A stretch of DNA of 63,987 nt, filler included, from Aduncisulcus paluster (Eukaryota): the NCBI GenBank assembly GCA_024181965.1. It is 10 parts of 10 records of this genome, joined end to end, with 100 filler letters (N's around TTAATTAATTAA, not from the genome) between each part and the next. Parts side by side here need not be neighbours in the genome. Positions count along the whole stretch, not along the records: positions 52,032 to 57,408 come from BQXS01011390.1; positions 57,509 to 61,025 come from BQXS01011391.1; positions 61,126 to 63,987 come from BQXS01011392.1; 7 more parts are not named here. One strand, written 5' to 3'. Both the position numbers and the translations under genes were made by a program. Below, piece after piece: positions 57,041 through 63,987 of the stretch. Below the pieces are notes generated by a model, which saw nothing but the letters and a program-made list of their open reading frames with translations, was not told the DNA's origin and did not search any database. Within the stretch, counting starts at the first letter, position 1. Each line of letters starts with the position of its first letter.

Positions 57041-57408
57041 ATGTTGGTCCTGCAGATTGTTTCTGATCACGAGTATATTCCTGATGATATTATGACCCAG
57101 TTTGCTGAATTAGAAGACACTACGGAAGAGATCACATTTGACCCCGATTCCATCACTGAAGCTCTTCAAGGTGTCTATCTCGAAACCTTTGAGACCACGG
57201 AGATCATGCTTCGTGAGATGAATGCCAAATTCCATGAATCTCTTGCCGAATACCTGAGTACTGGGACTGATGGTATTTCCACGCCTCTCCAAGATGCTCT
57301 TCTCCCACTCTCCAGTGGAACATATTCTGACATCCACCGTACAGAGGTCGATCGTTCTGGCATGTCTGTCCTTTGTCCTTCCTTTGTTGCCGATTCCGAT
57401 TGTATGGG
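57041..57408 (+). CDS. Hypothetical acidic protein fragment, 3'-truncated, start uncertain
   Basis: Open frame with coding-like GC running into the linker. Confidence 0.4.
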
Positions 57409-57508
57409 NNNNNNNNNNNNNNNNNNNNNNNNNNNNNNNNNNNNNNNNNNNNTTAATTAATTAANNNNNNNNNNNNNNNNNNNNNNNNNNNNNNNNNNNN
57501 NNNNNNNN

Positions 57509-60500
57509 CCAAGTGCTGTTGAACCGACTGAGAAAAGACCTGGGCCGAATGTGATGTTAAGGAATAGACTTCAACTTGATGACCAAATGGGCTTTGCTAC
57601 CCCCAGTTTGAATGCCAAGATGCTTGGAACTGGTGCTACATCATCCAATCCTGATCAACGTGGTGCTTTTAACATTACTCCTCACCTTAAAAAGTCAAAA
57701 CCTATTGATACGATTGCTGAACATGACATTATCTCCCTTCTTTTTACCCACATGCATAGTATCTCCAAGAACTCACGTGAAGATCTCCGGAATATTCTGA
57801 ACAAGAACACTGGCATCCTCAAGAAGAAATTCTTTGGAACTGGGGAAGAGTCTGCAGTCTCATCCGCTCTGAGTCCACGCGGCGACCGTCCTTCCGTGAC
57901 ATCTATGTCCTCTGTATCAGAATCCAAGGGAGATCCTCTCATCACAATCGATGTTGCAGGTGCTCACGAAGAGGTATTGCTCAAATTAGGTGAGATTAGC
58001 CGCGATATCTGTAAGGAAATTGCTGGATTGTATGATAAAGAGGAACAGGATGCTTGTTCTCGTCTTAGTTCTCTGCAAACCTCCCTTGAATCCCTCATCC
58101 TTGACCAAGAAGCAAGCACCGAAGATCTTGTGTATGCCATCAAGATTATCGGCAAAGCCAATCAAGATGTCAAGAGAGATATTCTTATTGCTGAAATGTT
58201 GAATGAATCATACGCTCTCTTGTCCGCTGCTGATTGCAGAGATATGATTAACAATCCACCGGACAAGATGCTGAATACAAACTTGGATAACGTGAAGATA
58301 CAACTCACTGAAAAACATGAACTTCTGAAAACCAACTTTGTTGCCCTTTCAAATCTATTATCTGATGCCAACAAGAAGCTCAGTGACAATGCTTTGAGAT
58401 TAATTGAGGAATGGAAGACTAAACGCCCTGAAAATCCAAGAAGTGTTCCCCACGATGCCATTACAACCTGTGATACATTCCATTCTGCCTGTTCTGCCAT
58501 GATTTCGAGCTGTATCGAACTTGAAGGCGGATGGACTTATTTGTCCTCATGTTCCTTATCCACTATGCCTGTAAATTCTTTGACCCAGCACTCAATCTCA
58601 GCCAAATTGAATGAGTTACTCGACGATGCTGCTCATTATCGCGCTGTTTGGCTCGATGTGAAGAAAGCTTACGATAAACGTGAGATCATTGGCGATAAGA
58701 TCTGGCATTCAATCAGCGCAGATGAGATTAAGGCTGGTCTTGGTGAAATTAGAACGTTATTCTCTACTTTCCCTGCTACAACAACCTCTGAGGAATGTTT
58801 CAGACATGCTGAAGCCGTTGTTAATAACTTATCTTCACTCCATGTGACTCTTTGTGCTCTCAAGGAGTCATTCATGAAGAAAAGGCATTGGATCTTACTC
58901 TCAAAACTGACAGCAACTCCTGAACTTGCTGAATATGATGGCAATTCACTCACTGTCGAACGTATGTGGCATGTGCTTGGTGGATGCAAAGGAAGCAAGG
59001 GAGATTCTCATGCTCAAGCGGTCATTATCAAAGCTCAGGGAGAATTCGCACTGGAACGTTTTATGCGAGGCGTTGAACGATTCTGGAGTGTTGTTGAATT
59101 CGAGTTTACCGAGGGTTCTGTAACCAAAGGTGGAGTTCATGTGCGTTTGATCAAAAATTGGGAAGAACTGAGTGCCAAGTTGGATGAGGATCTTGCTGAT
59201 ATTGGAAGTATGAAGAACTCTCCTTACTATGCCGAATTCAGGAAAGAGGCCACTGAGTGGGAAGAAAGGTTGCAATCATACAGCGAATTGTTCGATCTGT
59301 GGGCCGAAGTGCAGCGTAGATGGCTCCATCTCCAATCTGTGACAGATGCCCTTTCTTCTACTCCAGAACTCAGAGAAGAGGCTCAATCATTACGACAGAG
59401 CAATGCTACATTTGTGCGCTATATGAGTACCACATGTGAATACAAATTGGTACAGACAGTCGGTGTGGAAATGAACCCTGCTCCAGAATATCCTCTTTTG
59501 AAAGGCATTGAAGAGCTTGGGAATAGACTCAAGAAGGTGCAACAGGCCTTGGGTGCCTTTTTAGCCAACCAACGTGCTATTTTCGCTCGTTTCTTCTTTG
59601 TCGGAGACGAGGATCTCCTTGAGATGCTCGGAGCTGTGAATGACGTTAGACGCTTACAACGTCATATGCAGAGTATGTTCGCAGGCATCAGCAGTCTTGT
59701 TGTGGAAGATATTGATGGAGTTGAAACCAAACCAGCGAAGCAGAGTTCAACCAAAAGACAATCGAAGAAACAAGAGAAAGATGTGTCGGCAGAAGAGAAG
59801 AAGAATATATTGCAACAAATCAGTGCTTTGGCCTCATCTGAAGGGGAGATTCTTCCATTGTGTAATCCAATTCCAACTCATGGATTCAAACAAACTCATC
59901 AACTCCTTTCATGTGTTGAAGGCGAGATGAGAAGGAGTTTCCGTGTCCATATGCATTCTTGTATACAAGACCTGAGGAAAGTTACCAAGGAAATGGGAAT
60001 TAAAGGTAGTGGATGGTATGATGAAGCAGGATCCAAGAAGACATCATCAGAATCTCCAGCTATCGAGGGTAGTTCTGAGTTATCTGCCACTCTTCCAATG
60101 TGGTGTGTTTCCCATCTTACCCAATGCTGTGTGGTAGGTGTCCAAGTGCGTGTCGTGGAGTGTGTTGAAGAGATGATGGAAAAAGAAGGAAGCAAAGGAG
60201 TTGAATCTGTGAACATATGGGTCAGAAAGATGCTTAGTGTATTGGCTGATCCTCTCCCTGGAGAACAAGATGATACTGCTACAAGTACTGACGGAGAGGA
60301 TGGAATCGAAGAAGAAGCAGAAGAGGAGGAAGAAGGATCTGCTTCAGATCATAAGAATAAGTCTGTATCTAGTGTCCCTCCATCATTGCTTAGGAGACGT
60401 CGTCAACTTTTATTGACTGAGCTCATTCGTCTCCGTGATTTGACTGATCGTTTGTCTGTGTCCATGAAAGAAACTGAACTCTCCTCAAAACAATCACAAA

Positions 60501-61025
60501 AATCATCTGAAGATATTGAGAAAGTTCAAATCCCATTTATGTGGCAGGCACAAATGCGTCACTATCTTATTGAGCCTTCCAAATGTGTGAATTATAATGA
60601 AAAAGAATTCGAGGTCAAGGAATGGAAGAAAGTTCCCGGGTCACAATCGTTGTTCGATCACATTGAAGTCACCAACGCCACTGTCCATGACTATCCAATT
60701 GTGGCTGTGAGAGTGGCTGATACAGAATTCACTTATGGTTATGAATGGTGGGGTTCTGCTGATAGATTGGTTCAAACCCCACTGACTGATAAATGTTTCC
60801 TTATTTTGACTCAAGCACTGGCTCAAAGAAAAGGAGGATCACCGGCTGGACCGGCTGGAACAGGTAAGACTGAATCTGTGAAGATGCTTGCCCAACACCT
60901 CGGAAGACTCTGTCAGGTTGTTTGTTGTGATGAGAATTTCGACGCCAACGCTGTGTCTCGAACTCTGAGTGGGCTCTGTGCTTGTGGAGCCTTTGGATGT
61001 TATGATGAATTCAATCGTTTGGATG
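57509..61025 (+). CDS. DYNC1H1: Cytoplasmic dynein heavy chain (probably dynein-1), linker region plus start of AAA1; both ends truncated
   Basis: AQGEFALERF, MKNSPYYAEF, WAEVQRRW, FFFVGDEDLLEMLG, YGYEW, RLVQTPLTDKC, Walker A GPAGTGKTESVK, GCYDEFNRL. Confidence 0.88.
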
Positions 61026-61126
61026 NNNNNNNNNNNNNNNNNNNNNNNNNNNNNNNNNNNNNNNNNNNNTTAATTAATTAANNNNNNNNNNNNNNNNNNN
61101 NNNNNNNNNNNNNNNNNNNNNNNNNC

Positions 61127-61189
61127 AAAGAGCTTGTCAGAGCTGAACTTGCAACAATTGAACGATTATCGATGCTTCCATGGTTATAG
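61127..61189 (+). CDS. 3' end of a tandem paralog of the 61581-62165 gene
   Basis: KELVRAELATIERLSMLPWL* is nearly identical in DNA and protein to 62094-62150. Confidence 0.75.
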   Translation, partial: KELVRAELATIERLSMLPWL

Positions 61190-61580
61190 CTGATCCTTCA
61201 TGTCATCGTTTCCACAAGGATCGAATACAACTTCTTTCCTGATAACAATAATATTGTATGAACCATTACTTCCTGTCATGTCTTGAGATATGATGGATAC
61301 CATGTGTATATTGTCACTTTCATGTTTATATCGCTGTATTGTCAATAATGTCAATAATGTCTTAGTACGCCTTATTTGGAGAACAAATGTGTTTACAAAA
61401 TAAATAATTTATTATCATGTATGCATATTAATAATGATAAGAAACATCGATTTTGGATATTATTGTTCTCTCCCAAGACAATTGTAAAAATGTGCTTTTC
61501 CTTGCAATTGGAAGTTTATTGGTGTTTATTATTCTACTTAATTTGATATTGGATAATCCATAGTTGTGTTATTGTTTGTG

Positions 61581-62165
61581 ATGAGAATTATTGGCAAATG
61601 TATTGAAGATATTGGAACTTATTGGGACAATGACAAAGTGTTAAAAGGCCCCTACCCAATTGGTCATCCAGATCTATCTGAAATTGATGGATCCAAAGCA
61701 TATGGGGATTATCATTATGGTGATAATCATTCTAGTTTATTGCAATTATTAAGAGGTGAAGATTCGATCTTTTTCTATCCCAATTTACATCTCCCATTTA
61801 ATTTACGACATTATCTCGGTAAGTTTGTTGTAAGTCAGCATAGTTTTCCTCATGGAATCAAAGATTTCAATGCCACATTCACAACATCTGATGGAAAGAA
61901 GATTACAAAAGAATATCAAATGGGGGAGATAACACCACGGCATTATTTCTGGCAAGAATTCCCAATAGATCTTGATAATATTATTTCTTGTGATATTCAT
62001 GTTATATCGTCATGGGATGGAAGACAAGAAATGATTTATTTGGATGGCATTCGATTTGTGATTGACAAGAAGCGAGAGATAATTTTAGCCGCTAAAGAGC
62101 TTGTCAGAGCTGAACTTGCAACCATTGAACGATTATCGATGTTGCCTTGGTCTGAAGAAGTATAG
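61581..62165 (+). CDS. Stand-alone member of the unnamed domain family also found in the 9753-12752 kinase
   Basis: FTTSDGKKITKEY...YFWQEFPIDLDNIISCDIHV vs kinase LSDSHGKKISKRY...YEWYFLAIDLRNIVLCEIEV. Confidence 0.75.
   Translation: MRIIGKCIEDIGTYWDNDKVLKGPYPIGHPDLSEIDGSKAYGDYHYGDNHSSLLQLLRGEDSIFFYPNLHLPFNLRHYLGKFVVSQHSFPHGIKDFNATFTTSDGKKITKEYQMGEITPRHYFWQEFPIDLDNIISCDIHVISSWDGRQEMIYLDGIRFVIDKKREIILAAKELVRAELATIERLSMLPWSEEV

Positions 62166-62170
<5 letters not shown>

Positions 62171-62197
<27 letters not shown>
62171..62197 (+). repeat. Poly(A) tract (A27) 5 nt after the stop codon
   Basis: TAG-ATTCT-A27. Confidence 0.9.
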
Positions 62198-62216
62198 CGA
62201 ATCGGAGTCTAACTCT

Positions 62217-62662
62217 TTAAAGCTTCAAAAAATCAGCAACAATTAATAAATCAGTGCTTTCTTCTGGTTCAACAATAAAAGGGGGTCGAGTTTCAGCTTT
62301 CTCATTTCCGTATAAAAATTTATAAGTACAATATTTGAGAGCTTTTTCAAGTAAATATCCTGGAATATCTTGGATTTCAATTTCAATGTGAGTTTTAGGC
62401 TTTTCTTTTGGCGAAATAAACACTTCAAGAGGCTTTCTATCACGCTCAGCAACCTTTTTCATTAATAATTTCTATTGTGAAGGAGGAACAAAAAAATTAA
62501 GATTCTAAGATTAGACTACCAATAATCATAATTTTAATTTTTTTAAATATCACATACCTTCAAGACTGGCGAAATACAAGCAGCTTTTAAGGGAAGCGTA
62601 AATTCAACCCCATCACCAGATTTAATATTGACATAATCATGTATAGGTATTATTTCATCCAT
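62217..62662 (-). CDS. ELOC: Elongin C (Skp1/BTB family); join(62662..62558,62471..62217)
   Basis: YVNIKSGDGVEFTLP...ISPVLK, phase-0 intron 62472-62557 (GTATGT...CAATAG), DIPGYLLEKALKYCTYKFLY...PPFIVEPEESTDLLIVADFL. Confidence 0.9.
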
Positions 62663-63200
62663 ATCTATTCTTTAAGAAAATTAACTGTTATTATTTGAGG
62701 GCAAACCAAACAATTTAGCATAAGTTGAGGAAAAATAATAACACAATATTTATAATAACTTTTTGGGGCATCAAAATCACGATATTTTTAACTTTTTAGA
62801 TTCAATGTACTGTATATTTTGTATTTCAACCTTGATTGTCATGAAATCATTTCTCCTCAATTTTTAAAGTAAGTTGAATATAAAAGGAAAGAGAAATATA
62901 TAAACTACACAAAAAAGTGAAATAATGCATGAATAGTGGAAGCACTCCCATATTTCGATATATAAGCCATAATTCTGTTTTCTGTGCTTATTTTAACAAT
63001 AAACTTGAAGATAAAGCGGTACTTTAAAAATATATTTGTTTATTTAGTTTATCAATAGTGTAACAAATAAATCAATTACAAAAGAAAGTAGAAAATGAAA
63101 AATTATTCGAACTTGCACTTTTTGTTGTAATGCAAAATTAGAGAAGAAATACAATATGGTAATATCCGACTCAAATTCAATTCTAAAATTAAAATCGCCG

Positions 63201-63987
63201 ATGGATATGTCATCTAAAACTCCTATTCGTAGTATTAATCGTGCCAAGTTACCTGCACGTCTTGATGTTAGTAGTAGTTCCCCGTTGCAGTCCATTGAAG
63301 AAGTAGAAGATTATATTACGAGCACCTTGTCCTCTTCCCTCGTCAAGTCAATATCTGATAGCAAATGGAAGACTCGTGAAGAGGCTGTGTGCGAGCTATA
63401 CGATGGCCTCGAATCACTTAAATTTGAAGAACAATGGGGATCTGCCAAGAAAGCGGATTCGCTCATCCAATGGCTTGGCAAGCATAGTCTGGTTGATAAA
63501 CATTTCAAGATCGCATCTAAAGCATTTGACCTTGTCAGCAAACTTAATTCTACCCTTCATGAGGAATGTAGTGTCACTTTTCACCGCTCGACAGCTGAGC
63601 TTGTCGCCCAGTTGGCTTGTTTGAAGTTAGGTGATTCTAAAGTATACCGTTCCGCTGTACCCATTTTCCTACTGCTGACGAAAGAGTTCGGGGTTGCATG
63701 GGGTATGGATAAGCTTGATCGTTTTGCTGTAACGGCCAAGAGTCCTGCGTTGCAAGCTGGTGGTCTTCGGTGTGCATGTGATGTCCTCACTGCGTATGGA
63801 TATAATTTAAAGAAATACGGTGCAGACACCGAAACTCTTCTCCGTGTTTCCGTTCATGGGATCAACAACCCTGCTCGTAACATTCGTACGCAATGTCTTG
63901 AATTCTTGAAGCTCTGTGCCACCTTCATTGGCGGTTCTATCATTGGCCTGTTCTTCAAGAAGGCTGGCGATAAAGTATCCACGGCCC
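63201..63987 (+). CDS. TOG/HEAT-repeat microtubule-binding protein (XMAP215/CKAP5-like), runs off the window; in-frame ATG also at 63156
   Basis: Absent from the ORF track because there is no stop in the window. My translation gives SDSKWKTREEA, DKHFKIASKA, KLGDSKV, AKSPALQ, NNPARNIRTQCLEFL, which are TOG HEAT-turn motifs. Confidence 0.75.
   Translation, partial: MDMSSKTPIRSINRAKLPARLDVSSSSPLQSIEEVEDYITSTLSSSLVKSISDSKWKTREEAVCELYDGLESLKFEEQWGSAKKADSLIQWLGKHSLVDKHFKIASKAFDLVSKLNSTLHEECSVTFHRSTAELVAQLACLKLGDSKVYRSAVPIFLLLTKEFGVAWGMDKLDRFAVTAKSPALQAGGLRCACDVLTAYGYNLKKYGADTETLLRVSVHGINNPARNIRTQCLEFLKLCATFIGGSIIGLFFKKAGDKVSTA

Noticed and set aside
1-63987. tRNA, rRNA, CRISPR arrays, transposase or reverse-transcriptase genes
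   Set aside because: None recognised by eye. No covariance-model search could be run.

Overview
Eukaryotic, gene-dense, intron-poor protist DNA read with the standard genetic code. The window is not contiguous. It is ten short scaffolds joined by artificial 100-nt linkers (N44-TTAATTAATTAA-N44), with seven internal 20-N gaps whose flanks are duplicated unmerged overlaps. GTATGT-type short introns, Ser/Glu low-complexity inserts and expanded LRR-Cys and kinase families suggest a free-living fornicate metamonad such as Aduncisulcus (inference only). Recognisable genes: eIF3c, TFIIIC TPR subunit (Tfc4/GTF3C3), sphingomyelin/IPC-synthase-family enzyme, ASF1, a DUF4211/CCDC82-like protein, a SAS-6-head protein, a SUZ12-type VEFS-box protein, a BRCT ORF, Sec24, PITP, cytoplasmic dynein heavy chain, Elongin C, a TOG protein, two kinases and internalin-like LRR/EGF surface proteins. 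Main leads: (1) a minimal PRC2 VEFS-box gene followed in the same frame by an ATG-less BRCT ORF, a possible VEFS-BRCT fusion; (2) an LRR-Cys-TM receptor-like kinase carrying an unnamed ~160-aa domain that also occurs as a stand-alone tandem gene ending in genomic poly(A); (3) ASF1 with an acidic tract inside the core and a 1-nt frameshift; (4) clusters of short perfect palindromes in intergenic DNA. Family calls come from motif recognition, not database searches.
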